Part shown: piece after piece, positions 29,739 to 41,798 of the stretch
Position numbering within the stretch: the stretch's first letter is position 1
How the letters are laid out: every line of letters begins with the position of its first letter
Origin: Alphaproteobacteria bacterium
GTDB lineage: Bacteria > Pseudomonadota > Alphaproteobacteria > GCA-2731375
Assembly (NCBI GenBank): GCA_040223615.1
Contig: JAVKFY010000036.1
Span: forward strand, 11,596-75,595
Length of the DNA stretch: 64,000 nt
Direction: 5' to 3'
The notes under the pieces: generated by a model
What the model saw: only the letters and a program-made list of their open reading frames with translations
Told to the model about the DNA's origin: nothing
Database searches by the model: none
Made by a program: the position numbers and the translations under genes

Positions 29739-30737
29739 GTGACCAAAGTCATCGTCCAGATTCCCTGTCTCAACGAGGAACTGACGCTGCCGCAGGTGGT
29801 GGCCGACATTCCGCGTGACATACCGGGGGTCGATCGGGTCGAGATTCTCGTCGTCGACGATGGCTCAAGCGACCGGACAGTGGAGGTCGCGAAGGCGCTT
29901 GGTGTCGATCACATCCTGGTCAATCGCCGCAACCTCGGGCTCGCCCACACCTTCCGGCGCGGCCTCGACGCGTCGCTGCACCTGGGCGCCGACATCATCG
30001 TCAACACCGACGGCGACAACCAATATGCAGGCGCCGACATCGCCAGGCTGGTCCAGCCGATCCTGGACGGCACTGCCGACATCGTCGTCGGCGACCGCCA
30101 GACCGATCAGAACCAGGAGTTTTCGCCACTCAAGCGCCTGTTGCAGCGAGCCGGTAGCGGCGCCGTCCGGAACCTGTCAGGCCTGGATATTCCCGATGCG
30201 GTCAGCGGTTTCCGCGCCATCAGCCGCGACGCGGCCTTGCGCATCAACATCGTGTCTTCGTTCAGCTACACGACCGAGATGCTGATCCAGGCCGGCAAGA
30301 AGCGCCTCGCCGTCGCCTCGGTGCCGGTGGCGACCAACCCGAAGACGCGCGAATCTCGGCTGTTCCGGGGCATCCCGTCCTTCGTCTCGCGCCAGCTCAG
30401 TACCATGGTGCGGATGTATTCGATGTACCAGCCACTGAGGGTGTTCTTTCTGATCGGCACCATCCTGTCGGTCATCGGCGTCATTCCGATACTGCGCTTC
30501 TTGATCTTCTACGCGCTCGGCGAGGGCGACGGGCATATCCAGTCGCTGGTACTCGGCGGCGTGTTCGTTCTCATGGGCTTCGTGGCATATCTCGTCGGGC
30601 TGGTCGCCGATCTGATCAATTTCAATCGACAACTCGTTGAGATCGCGCTTGAAAAAGTCCGCAGACTCGAACTGGCGGCAGAACGCAGTGACGGTGACAT
30701 GATCGACCAGGAGGTTCCGCAAGACGCCACCGATTGA
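29739..30737 (+). CDS. GT2 glycosyltransferase (polyprenol-phosphate glycosyl synthase-like) with 2 C-terminal TM helices
   Basis: IPCLNEE, VVDDGSSD, NTDGDNQY, DAVSGFRA. Start uncertain (29676-29739). Confidence 0.88.
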   Translation: MTKVIVQIPCLNEELTLPQVVADIPRDIPGVDRVEILVVDDGSSDRTVEVAKALGVDHILVNRRNLGLAHTFRRGLDASLHLGADIIVNTDGDNQYAGADIARLVQPILDGTADIVVGDRQTDQNQEFSPLKRLLQRAGSGAVRNLSGLDIPDAVSGFRAISRDAALRINIVSSFSYTTEMLIQAGKKRLAVASVPVATNPKTRESRLFRGIPSFVSRQLSTMVRMYSMYQPLRVFFLIGTILSVIGVIPILRFLIFYALGEGDGHIQSLVLGGVFVLMGFVAYLVGLVADLINFNRQLVEIALEKVRRLELAAERSDGDMIDQEVPQDATD

Positions 30738-30891
30738 AGCGTCGCGTCATGGTCGGGGCAATGGAGATGCCGTTGAGTATCCACCCCCGGCATCTTTTCA
30801 GTGCCGGAATTCACCCCATATTGACACCGGCCCGCCTGTCTCACAGAGACAGTATGATCAGGCGCGGTTTCGATCTTTTCGATCCAGGATT

Positions 30892-31542
30892 ATGATAAAT
30901 GAGACCACCAGACAGCGGGAGCTGGCACTGACCCTGAAAGCCGAAAACGGTATCGTCGTCGGCAACGTCGACGCCAAATATCAGACCAAGAACCCGATCG
31001 CCCGCCGCATGATGCAGGGCTTCATGGACAGCGCAAGGGAACTGGCGCTGTCCACCGATGTCCGCGTTGCGCACGAGATCGGCTGTGGCGAAGGACACCT
31101 CACGTCGCACTTCGCGGAGTGGGGCTTCGGTATCCGCGCCTGTGACTTCTCGGCCCAAATCGTCGAGGAGGCACGCACGACGTACGGCGGCCTCGGCATC
31201 GAGTTCAACGTCAAGAGCGTCTACGACCTGGACCCGACCGTGGATGGCGCACCGTTGATCGTCTGCTGCGAGGTGCTGGAGCACCTAGAGGAACCGGAAT
31301 GTGCCTTGCAGCGCTTGCGCGACGTCAGTTTCGAATGGTGCCTGATGAGCGTGCCCCGCGAGCCGATCTGGCGACTGTTGAACATGGCCCGGGGCAAATA
31401 CCTAGACGACCTGGGCAACACGCCAGGACATCTGCAGCACTGGGGAAAGCAGAGCTTCCTCGCCCTCATCAGTCAGTACTTCGAGGTCGTCGCCGTGCGT
31501 AGCCCGCTGCCTTGGACCATGGTCCTCTGCCGCCGGGGGTGA
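30892..31542 (+). CDS. Class I SAM-dependent methyltransferase
   Basis: EIGCGEG motif I, CCEVLEHLEEP, SVPREP, NTPGHLQHW. Confidence 0.85.
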   Translation: MINETTRQRELALTLKAENGIVVGNVDAKYQTKNPIARRMMQGFMDSARELALSTDVRVAHEIGCGEGHLTSHFAEWGFGIRACDFSAQIVEEARTTYGGLGIEFNVKSVYDLDPTVDGAPLIVCCEVLEHLEEPECALQRLRDVSFEWCLMSVPREPIWRLLNMARGKYLDDLGNTPGHLQHWGKQSFLALISQYFEVVAVRSPLPWTMVLCRRG

Positions 31543-31552
31543 GCCGCGGCGG

Positions 31553-32056
31553 CTAGAACGGGATTTCGTCGTCCAGGTCGTCGGCGCCGCCGCGGCCGCC
31601 GCCGCCACTACCGCTGCCGCTCCGGTCGAACCCCCCGCCGCCACGATCGTCGTCGAAGCCACCGCCACCACCGCCGCCGGAGAAGCCACCGCCACCGCCC
31701 TCGCCGCGGGTGTCGAGCATCTGCAGTTCGCCGCGGAAACGTTGCAGCACGATTTCGGTGGTGTAGCGGTCCTGGCCCTCCTTGTCGGTCCACTTGCGGG
31801 TCTGAAGCTGGCCCTCGATATAGATCTTTGAGCCTTTCTTTAGATACTGTTGCGCGACTTTCCCGAGATTCTCGTTGAAGATCACGATGCGGTGCCATTC
31901 GGTCCGCTCGCGCCGTTCGCCGCTCTGTCGGTCGCGCCAGCTCTCGCTGGTCGCCAGGTTCAGGTTGACGATCGGGTCGCCGTTCTGGGTGTGCCGGACC
32001 TCCGGGTCGCGGCCCAGATTGCCGACCAGGATCACCTTGTTCACGCTGCCAGCCAT
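31553..32056 (-). CDS. ssb: Single-stranded DNA-binding protein
   Basis: [19 protein letters not shown], Gly-rich tail, DDEIPF C-terminus. Confidence 0.98.
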   Translation of the reverse strand: MAGSVNKVILVGNLGRDPEVRHTQNGDPIVNLNLATSESWRDRQSGERRERTEWHRIVIFNENLGKVAQQYLKKGSKIYIEGQLQTRKWTDKEGQDRYTTEIVLQRFRGELQMLDTRGEGGGGGFSGGGGGGGFDDDRGGGGFDRSGSGSGGGGRGGADDLDDEIPF

Positions 32057-32161
32057 CGCCCTGCTCCGCTCTGTCATTGTCGATTCGCGCGAACGGCTAC
32101 TATGCCCGAGGCGGCCTCGGGCACGCCAGCGGCGGGAATCGCGCGGTGCGCGCCGAGGCCG

Positions 32162-32190
32162 CTTTCAGGTCCGCACCGGCGACCCTATAT
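32162..32190 (+). promoter_or_regulatory. Possible RpoH-type promoter for uvrA
   Basis: CTTTCA-N16-CCTATAT versus alphaproteobacterial CTTGAA-N15/16-CCTATAT. Confidence 0.4.
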
Positions 32191-32226
32191 TGGGGCTTTC
32201 CGGCCTCCAGAATGAACAGGGAGCTG

Positions 32227-35145
<2,919 letters not shown>

Positions 35146-35190
35146 CTCCAACGCCACGTGCAGCGTCGCCACGTGGATACCCAGAAACCG

Positions 35191-35404
35191 CGTCATTCCT
35201 GCGAAGGCAGGAATCCAGACCGACCGTCGTGATGGTTTAACGCGGAGACGCGAAATCTCTATCCAAGCGACTCCGCGTTCTCTGCGGCTCCGCGTGCTCC
35301 AGGTCGGCAATGCTTGGATGCCGGCCTGCGCTGGCATGACGCGCGTTGTTGGGTCCGATAAAGCTCAACCGGACAGTCATGGACTTGATCCGGGCATCCA
35401 CGTC
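35191..35404. repeat. Cluster of nested REP/RPE-like palindromic elements
   Basis: CGTCATTCCTGCGAAGGCAGGAATCCA (35191) and inverted partner TGGATGCCGGCCTGCGCTGGCATGACG (35315). Between them lies an AACGCGGAG...CTCCGCGTT element. A third copy GTCATGGACTTGATCCGGGCATCCAC is at 35376. Confidence 0.75.
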
Positions 35405-35696
35405 GGCCAGCCACTTCAGGCTGAGGATGCTTTCTCTCTCAGTTCCCGCCGGATCGCCTTGCCCGAGCCGGCGCAACTGATACTGATCTCGATCCACGAC
35501 ATTGTCTCAATGAACTTGTAACTGCACTCCCGGATTAACCGCAGCAAGACAAGACCTTTTCCGTAATAAGATTCGCCAAGATTACCCAGGTATTGAGCCT
35601 TACTCAAAGCAGCGAACTCTCACCCTTCTTCATCGCCTCACCCATCGACCAAGGTTGAAGGCGAATTGTGCTCTGTCAGAAAATTACATTCTTCAT

Positions 35697-35951
35697 CTAT
35701 TTGTCCACCTTCTCTACATTGTAGTGGGAAAATACTGCATCAATTATTTTCCTGGCTTCCGCACGAGCGTGGTTACCATCAACTCCATATACAGTGACTG
35801 GTTTGCCAAAGAAACGGCTGAACCAAATACTGCAAATGCACTCGGTGTCCTCACCAGTCGGGTGCGGGCGGCTGACCAATGCCACCACCGACCGCACATT
35901 TCCCTGTGGATCAGTTTGCTTGCCGCTTACCTGTAGCTCGTACTCTACCAA
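35697..35951 (-). CDS. Small hypothetical protein, possible immunity protein (DUF6968-like YGVD motif)
   Basis: 84-aa ORF in AT-rich DNA; TTG start overlaps the upstream stop; C-x-I...VYGVD...helix pattern recalled from that family. Confidence 0.55.
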   Translation of the reverse strand: MVEYELQVSGKQTDPQGNVRSVVALVSRPHPTGEDTECICSIWFSRFFGKPVTVYGVDGNHARAEARKIIDAVFSHYNVEKVDK

Positions 35952-36430
35952 ACCACCGTATCCAATGGAGGTAATTGGCTAAGAGGTGTACCTAGCAAAC
36001 AAGCGGCATAGCGACGGTTTGCCGACTCGTAACACCTACGGGCCACGTCCCTTTCCTGCGGCCGCCGACTCCGAAGCGCTCGACGCTTAATGGCCCTACA
36101 CACCGGGATATCGACATTGTAGTGAAGGTGTTTGCATCGTTCCTCTACGGAGTCATCGTCAGGCACAGGACATGAGTCACTGACCTGTCTCGCCAATTCT
36201 CTAGCGGTCTCACCGCCTGGTCGAATCACACTGTCAACACGCAAACCACAACGCCGCTGGAAATTCTCAATGCTCTCCCAAAACTTTTCATCTGTAAGCG
36301 ACGTGTGCGCGAACACGTCATCCGGGTAGTATCCGATCTTGCCAAGGAAAGCCTTCGTCACAATCACATCTGTTGGTGAGTTTATGACCGCTTCGGGCTC
36401 GACCGATCGATTCAGCGAGATTGCGGACAT
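35945..36430 (-). CDS. Peptidoglycan-binding domain protein with Cys-rich basic C-terminus
   Basis: DVIVTKAFLGKIGYY...IENFQRRCGLRVDSVIRPGGET resembles PG_binding_1; probable start MSAISLNRSV (the track extends to 36577); AT-rich. Confidence 0.65.
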   Translation of the reverse strand: MSAISLNRSVEPEAVINSPTDVIVTKAFLGKIGYYPDDVFAHTSLTDEKFWESIENFQRRCGLRVDSVIRPGGETARELARQVSDSCPVPDDDSVEERCKHLHYNVDIPVCRAIKRRALRSRRPQERDVARRCYESANRRYAACLLGTPLSQLPPLDTVVW

Positions 36431-36580
36431 CTTCTTATGATTCGACACATTTCTCTCCAAGGTTGTATATAATTCATAAAATACATCCTGAAGTTGACCA
36501 TAACAAACAATTTCGAATGCGAGATCCAGTTCCTCCTTCGCGAGCTTCGACCATGGCCCATTTGCCACATGCCCCATGCT

Positions 36581-38212
36581 TCACTCGATAGAATGCGCGA
36601 GTTCCCGCTCGCGCAACTCCCGCCGGATCACCTTGCCGGACGCGGTGACCGGGATTTCGGCGATGAACTCGATGGCCCGGGGCACTTCGTGGCGGGCCAG
36701 GCGGGCGCGGACGTGGGCGCGGAGTTCCTCCACCAGTTCGTCGGAGCCGGCGTGGCCGTCGGCGGGAACGACGAAGGCCTTGATGGATTCGGTGCGGACC
36801 GGGTCGGGCACGCCGACGACGGCGGCCAGGCGCACCGCCGGGTGGCCGAGCAGGCAGTCCTCGATCTCGCCGGGGCCGATGCGGTAGCCGGACGAGGTGA
36901 TGACGTCGTCGGTGCGGCCGACGAACCAGGTGAAGCCGTCCTCGTCCTTGACCCCGCGGTCGCCGGTCAGCAGCCAGTCGCCGGCATATTTCTCCGCCGT
37001 CGCCTGTGGGTTGTTCCAGTATTCCAGCAGCATCACCGGGTCGGGCCGGGCGAACGCGATATGGCCCTCCTCGCCGGCCGGCAGCTCGTTGCCCTCGTCG
37101 TCGACGATGCCCATGACGTGGCCCGGCGTGACCCGGCCGAGCGAGCCATAGTGCGGGTCCATCAGCTTCGGCAGGTGGCCCATGCACATGTTGCACTCGG
37201 TCTGGCCGTAGCCCTCGCCGACCTTGATGCCGAAGCGCTCTTCGGCCCAGGCCAGGGTGTCGGCGCCGACGCTCTCGCCGCCGCTGAACAGGCTGCGCAG
37301 CATCGTCTTCGGCGGGTTCGGCACCTGGCGCATCAGCTTCAGCATGGTCGGCACCAGCAGCGCGTTGCGCACCTCGTGGCGCGCCATCATCGCCATCGCC
37401 GCCTCCGGGTCGAACCGGCCGGCGGTGCGGAAGGCCAGCACCGGCTTGCCGTGGCGCCAGGCCGGCATCAGCACGTCCATCAGCCCGGCGATCCAGGCCC
37501 AGTCGGCCGGCGACCACATGATGTCGCCGTCCTGGCCGAAGAAGTCGGTGAGCACGTCGAAGCCCGGCACCTGGCCGCAGAAGCCGCGATGCGCGTGCAG
37601 GGCGCCCTTCGGCTGGCCCGTCGTGCCCGACGTGTAGATCAGGAAGGCCGGCTCTTCCTTGTCGGTGTCGATGGTGGCGAAGCTGTCGCGGGCGCGCTCC
37701 AGCAACATATGGAAGTCGTCGGCGCCGGACTCCGCGCCGTCGGTCAGCAACACCGTGCCCAGGTCCGGCAGCTGGTCGCGGATCGGCACGATCTTGGAAT
37801 AGTTGGCGCGGTCGGTGAGCAGCGCCTTGGCGCCGCAGTCGCCCAGCCGGAACCGCAACGCATCCATCTCGAACAGCGTGTAGAGCGGCACCGAGATCGC
37901 GCCCAGCTTCCAGCAGGCCAGGTGCGCCGCCGCCGTCTCCGGCCCCTGCCCGAGCAGGATACCGACCCGGTCGCCCTTGGCGATGCCGATCCCGGCCAGC
38001 AGGTTGGCGGCGCGGTTCGCGAGCCGCTGCATGTCGCGGAAGCTGTAGCGGGTGACCTGCCCGTCCGCCGCCTCGAAGATCAGCGCCAGCGCGTCGGGCT
38101 GCGTCGCAGCGTGGCGGTCGCAGACATCGGCGGCGATGTTGTAGCGCTCCGGAATGTCCCAGCGGAACGAGCTGTAGACCTCTTCGTAGGTGGCGGCCGG
38201 TTTCGGATGCAT
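36581..38212 (-). CDS. Acyl-CoA synthetase (AMP-forming)
   Basis: YTSGTTGQPKG, YGQTE, TGD, GRTDDVITSSGYRIGP; start MHPKPAATY. Confidence 0.92.
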   Translation of the reverse strand: MHPKPAATYEEVYSSFRWDIPERYNIAADVCDRHAATQPDALALIFEAADGQVTRYSFRDMQRLANRAANLLAGIGIAKGDRVGILLGQGPETAAAHLACWKLGAISVPLYTLFEMDALRFRLGDCGAKALLTDRANYSKIVPIRDQLPDLGTVLLTDGAESGADDFHMLLERARDSFATIDTDKEEPAFLIYTSGTTGQPKGALHAHRGFCGQVPGFDVLTDFFGQDGDIMWSPADWAWIAGLMDVLMPAWRHGKPVLAFRTAGRFDPEAAMAMMARHEVRNALLVPTMLKLMRQVPNPPKTMLRSLFSGGESVGADTLAWAEERFGIKVGEGYGQTECNMCMGHLPKLMDPHYGSLGRVTPGHVMGIVDDEGNELPAGEEGHIAFARPDPVMLLEYWNNPQATAEKYAGDWLLTGDRGVKDEDGFTWFVGRTDDVITSSGYRIGPGEIEDCLLGHPAVRLAAVVGVPDPVRTESIKAFVVPADGHAGSDELVEELRAHVRARLARHEVPRAIEFIAEIPVTASGKVIRRELRERELAHSIE

Positions 38213-38278
38213 GGTGTTTCTTCTGTAACGTGATGGCCGGTTGCGCCGACGCCCCGGGCGGCGTAAGCCTCGCCGACG

Positions 38279-39634
38279 ATGACACAACCGATCCACATCA
38301 TAGGCGGCGGTCTGGCCGGTTCGGAAGCCGCGTGGCAGGCGGCGCGGGCCGGCGTGCCGGTGGTGCTGCACGAGATGCGCCCCGTGCGCGGCACCGAGGC
38401 GCACCAGGGCGGCGGGCTGGCCGAACTGGTCTGCTCCAACTCGTTCCGCTCCGACGACGCCGCGCACAACGCCGTCGGCCTGCTGCACGAGGAGATGCGG
38501 CGGTGCGGCTCCCTGATCCTGGCCTGTGCCGACCAGCACAAGGTGCCGGCCGGCGGCGCGCTGGCGGTCGACCGCGAGCATTTCTCCGCCGCGGTGCAGG
38601 CGGCGCTGGAGGGGGAACCGCTGGTCGAGATCGCGCGCGAGGAGATCGACGGCCTGCCGCCGGCAGCCTGGGACAGCGTGATCGTCGCCACCGGGCCGCT
38701 GACCTCGCCAGGATTGGCGCAGGCAATCCGCGACCTCACCGGCGAAGAGTCACTGGCCTTCTTCGACGCCATCGCGCCGATCGTGCATCGCGACAGCATC
38801 GACATGGACAAGGCGTGGTTTCAATCGCGGTACGACAAGATCGGCCCCGGCGGCACCGGGCGTGACTACATCAACTGCCCGATGGACAAGGCCCAGTATG
38901 ACGGCTTCATCGCCGCGCTGCTGGCAGCGGAGAAGACCGCGTTCAAGGACTGGGAGCGCGACACGCCGTACTTCGAAGGCTGCCTGCCGATCGAGGTGAT
39001 GGCCGAGCGCGGGCCAGAGACGCTGCGCTACGGGCCGATGAAGCCGGTCGGCCTGACCAATCCGCACGACCCGGAGAAGCCCTGGGCGGTGGTTCAGCTA
39101 CGGCAGGACAACAAGCTGGGCACGCTCTACAACATCGTCGGCTTCCAGACCAAGCTGAAGCATGGCGAACAGGGCCGCGTGTTCCGCGCCATCCCCGGCC
39201 TGGAGAACGCGCAGTTCGCGCGGCTGGGCGGCATCCACCGCAACACGTTCCTCAACAGCCCGCGCCTGCTGGACCAGACCTGTCGCCTCAAGGCCGAGCC
39301 GCGCCTGCGCTTCGCCGGCCAGGTGACCGGCGTGGAGGGCTATGTCGAGAGCGCCGCCATCGGCCTGCTGACCGGACGCTTCGCCGCCGCCGAACGACTC
39401 GGCCTGGCGCCGTCGCGGCCGCCGGAGACGACGGCGCTGGGCGCGCTGATCGGCCACATCACCGGCGGCGCGGAGAGCGACACCTTCCAGCCGATGAACG
39501 TGAACTTCGGCCTGTTCCCGCCGCTCGACCTGCCGCGCAAGGAACGCAAGGGCCGCGCCGGCAAGGAACGCGTCAGCGCCCGCGCGCTGGCCGACCTCGA
39601 TGCCTGGCTTGGCCGGGCTCAGGCGGCGGAGTAG
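38279..39634 (+). CDS. trmFO: tRNA (uracil-54) methyltransferase, FADH2/folate-dependent
   Basis: [45 protein letters not shown]. Confidence 0.96.
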   Translation: MTQPIHIIGGGLAGSEAAWQAARAGVPVVLHEMRPVRGTEAHQGGGLAELVCSNSFRSDDAAHNAVGLLHEEMRRCGSLILACADQHKVPAGGALAVDREHFSAAVQAALEGEPLVEIAREEIDGLPPAAWDSVIVATGPLTSPGLAQAIRDLTGEESLAFFDAIAPIVHRDSIDMDKAWFQSRYDKIGPGGTGRDYINCPMDKAQYDGFIAALLAAEKTAFKDWERDTPYFEGCLPIEVMAERGPETLRYGPMKPVGLTNPHDPEKPWAVVQLRQDNKLGTLYNIVGFQTKLKHGEQGRVFRAIPGLENAQFARLGGIHRNTFLNSPRLLDQTCRLKAEPRLRFAGQVTGVEGYVESAAIGLLTGRFAAAERLGLAPSRPPETTALGALIGHITGGAESDTFQPMNVNFGLFPPLDLPRKERKGRAGKERVSARALADLDAWLGRAQAAE

Positions 39635-39650
39635 ATGCCTGCCCGTGCCG

Positions 39651-39742
39651 CGTCATCCCGGCGCGCGTCGCGAGGCCCGGGATCGCCGGTCGATGACACG
39701 TAAACCGCAAGCCGGTCATGCCGGGTCGAGCCCGGCATGACG
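39651..39742. repeat. Pair of REP-like palindromes downstream of trmFO
   Basis: CGTCATCCCGG...CCGGGATC and perfect 11-bp hairpin GTCATGCCGGG-TCGAG-CCCGGCATGAC; same GTCAT/ATGAC ends as the 35.2-kb elements. Confidence 0.7.
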
Positions 39743-39810
39743 CTTCCGTGGCGAGCACCTTTCGATCCCGCCGGAACCATCGCCCTGCCGCCTTGCGCTA
39801 ACACCGTCGC

Positions 39811-40560
39811 ATGCTGACCGACCTTTCGATGCTGGCGCTGGTCGCCGGGACCTTTCTGCTCGCCGGATTCGTGAAGGGCGTGGTCGGGCTCGGCCTGCCC
39901 GCCGTCTCGCTCGGCATCCTGACCGCGACCATCGGCCTGCCGCCGGCGATGGCGATCCTGCTCATTCCTTCCTTCGCCACCAACCTGTGGCAGGCGGTCG
40001 ACGGCGGCCACGGGCGCATGCTGCTGCGCACGCTGTGGCCGTTCCTGGTGCCAGCGGTCGGTTGCGTGTGGCTGGGCGCGCATGCGCTGCGCGCCGTCGA
40101 CATCGACTTGCTGGCCGCGCTGCTCGGCCTGCTGCTGGTGATCTACGCCAGCTTCGGGCTGCTGCGGCCGTCCTTCCGGGTGTCGCGCAGGAACTACGCG
40201 GTGGCGGTGATCTGCGGGCTGATCAACGGCGTGTTGTCCGGCATGACCGGCTCGTTCGTGGTGCCGGGAGCGTTCTACCTGCAGGCCATCGGCCTGACTC
40301 GCGACCAGCTGGTGCAGGCGATGGGCATCGTGTTCACCGCGTCGACGACGATGCTGGCCTTCGCGCTCGGCGGGCAGCAGTTGTTGACCTGGGAACTGGG
40401 GGTCGTGTCGGGCATCGCACTGGTGCCGGCGCTGGCCGGCATGGCGATCGGCCAGGTGTTGCGCCGGCGACTGTCGGAAAGCGGCTTCCGACGCGTGTTC
40501 CTGCTCAGCCTGCTGGTGCTGGGCGGCTACATCCTGGTGCGATCGCTGTCGAGTCTCTGA
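39811..40560 (+). CDS. TauE/SafE (TSUP) family membrane transporter
   Basis: AGFVKGVVGLG, GLINGVLSGMTG; about 8 TM helices. Confidence 0.85.
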   Translation: MLTDLSMLALVAGTFLLAGFVKGVVGLGLPAVSLGILTATIGLPPAMAILLIPSFATNLWQAVDGGHGRMLLRTLWPFLVPAVGCVWLGAHALRAVDIDLLAALLGLLLVIYASFGLLRPSFRVSRRNYAVAVICGLINGVLSGMTGSFVVPGAFYLQAIGLTRDQLVQAMGIVFTASTTMLAFALGGQQLLTWELGVVSGIALVPALAGMAIGQVLRRRLSESGFRRVFLLSLLVLGGYILVRSLSSL

Positions 40561-40562
40561 TT

Positions 40563-40577
40563 GTTCCTCTTTTGTAC
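40563..40577 (+). promoter_or_regulatory. Putative alphaproteobacterial LexA (SOS) box
   Basis: GTTC-CTCTTTT-GTAC (GTTC-N7-GTWC with pyrimidine spacer), 21 nt before the ycaQ start. Confidence 0.6.
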
Positions 40578-40598
40578 CGACACGGTTAGACTGCGGCG

Positions 40599-41798
40599 AT
40601 GAGCGTCGAGTCGACACCGCTTCGAATCGCCGCCGCCGACGGCCGGCGGCTGATCCTGGCGTTGCAGGGTCTGGCCGCGCCGCCGCGCCGGCGGCTCGAC
40701 GGCGACCAGTTGCACGCTCTGATCGGCGATCTCGGCTACGTCCAGGTCGACTCGATCCAGTGGGTCGAGCGCGCCCACCACATGATCCTGGCAAGCCGGC
40801 GCGAGACCTACCGCCCGGAACACCTGCGCCGGCTGCTGGAGGACGAGGCGCGGCTGTTCGAGAACTGGACGCACGACGCCTCGATCATCCCGGCCGACTA
40901 CTTCCCCTACTGGAACCGCAAGTTCAGCCGTGAAGGCGAAGCGATCCGGCAGCGCTTCATCCGCTGGCGCGGGCACGACGCGGTCGAGGCCGTCGAGGCG
41001 GTGATCGAACACATCCGCGATCATGGTCCGGTCATGGCGCGCGACCTGAACGACGCGCCGACCGGCAAGCAGCGCGGCTGGTGGGACTGGCACGCCGGCA
41101 AGACCGCGCTGGAATACCTGTGGCGCACCGGCCGGGTGATGATCGCCCGCCGGCAAGGCTTCCAGAAGGTCTACGAGCTGACCGAGCGGGTGTTGCCGGC
41201 GCACCTGCACGGCACCGAGGCCGACCACGACGCCTATGTCGACTGGGCCTGCCGCGGCGCCTTGCAGCGGCTGGGCTTCGGCTCGCCCGGCGACATCGCC
41301 CGGTTCTGGAATCTGGTCACCATCGACGAGGCGAAGGACTGGTGCCAGCGCCACCTGGGCCGCGAGGCGGTGCCGGTCGTGGTGGAAACCGCCGACGGTT
41401 CGCGACCGAAGCAGCTCCTGGCCCGGCCGGACATCGAGGCGCTGCTCGCCGACCTGCCGCCGCCGCCGCCGCGGCTGCGCGCGCTGAACCCGTTCGATCC
41501 CGTGCTGCGCGACCGCAACCGGCTGAACTGGCTATTCGGCTTCGACTATCGGATCGAGATTTTCGTGCCGGCGCCGCAGCGGAAGTACGGCTACTACATC
41601 TTCCCGTTGCTGGACGGGGACCGGCTGATTGGCCGGCTGGACATGAAGGCCGAACGCAGCGCCGACACGCTGGCCGCCAGCAAGCTGTGGCTGGAGCCAA
41701 AGCAGAAATGGAGCGCCGCGCGCCAGAAACGCCTGGAAGCGGAGCTGGAACGGCAGCGCAAACTGGTCGGGTTGGGACATTTCACCGCACCGGGGTGA
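40599..41798 (+). CDS. ycaQ: YcaQ-family (HTH_42) interstrand-crosslink DNA glycosylase
   Basis: QVD catalytic motif (YVQVDSI), FENWTHDAS, GWWDW, PFDP, FDYRIEIFVPAPQRKYGYY. Confidence 0.88.
   Translation: MSVESTPLRIAAADGRRLILALQGLAAPPRRRLDGDQLHALIGDLGYVQVDSIQWVERAHHMILASRRETYRPEHLRRLLEDEARLFENWTHDASIIPADYFPYWNRKFSREGEAIRQRFIRWRGHDAVEAVEAVIEHIRDHGPVMARDLNDAPTGKQRGWWDWHAGKTALEYLWRTGRVMIARRQGFQKVYELTERVLPAHLHGTEADHDAYVDWACRGALQRLGFGSPGDIARFWNLVTIDEAKDWCQRHLGREAVPVVVETADGSRPKQLLARPDIEALLADLPPPPPRLRALNPFDPVLRDRNRLNWLFGFDYRIEIFVPAPQRKYGYYIFPLLDGDRLIGRLDMKAERSADTLAASKLWLEPKQKWSAARQKRLEAELERQRKLVGLGHFTAPG

Noticed and set aside
30821-30858. TTGACA...TATGAT as a sigma70 promoter for the methyltransferase
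   Set aside because: The spacer is about 26 nt, too long.
35191-35404. CRISPR array or tRNA in the palindromic region
   Set aside because: No regularly spaced identical repeats and no cloverleaf; it matches REP-like elements.
35416-35696. Further ORFs in the distal part of the AT-rich islet
   Set aside because: Short frames without RBS or motifs; probably decayed sequence.
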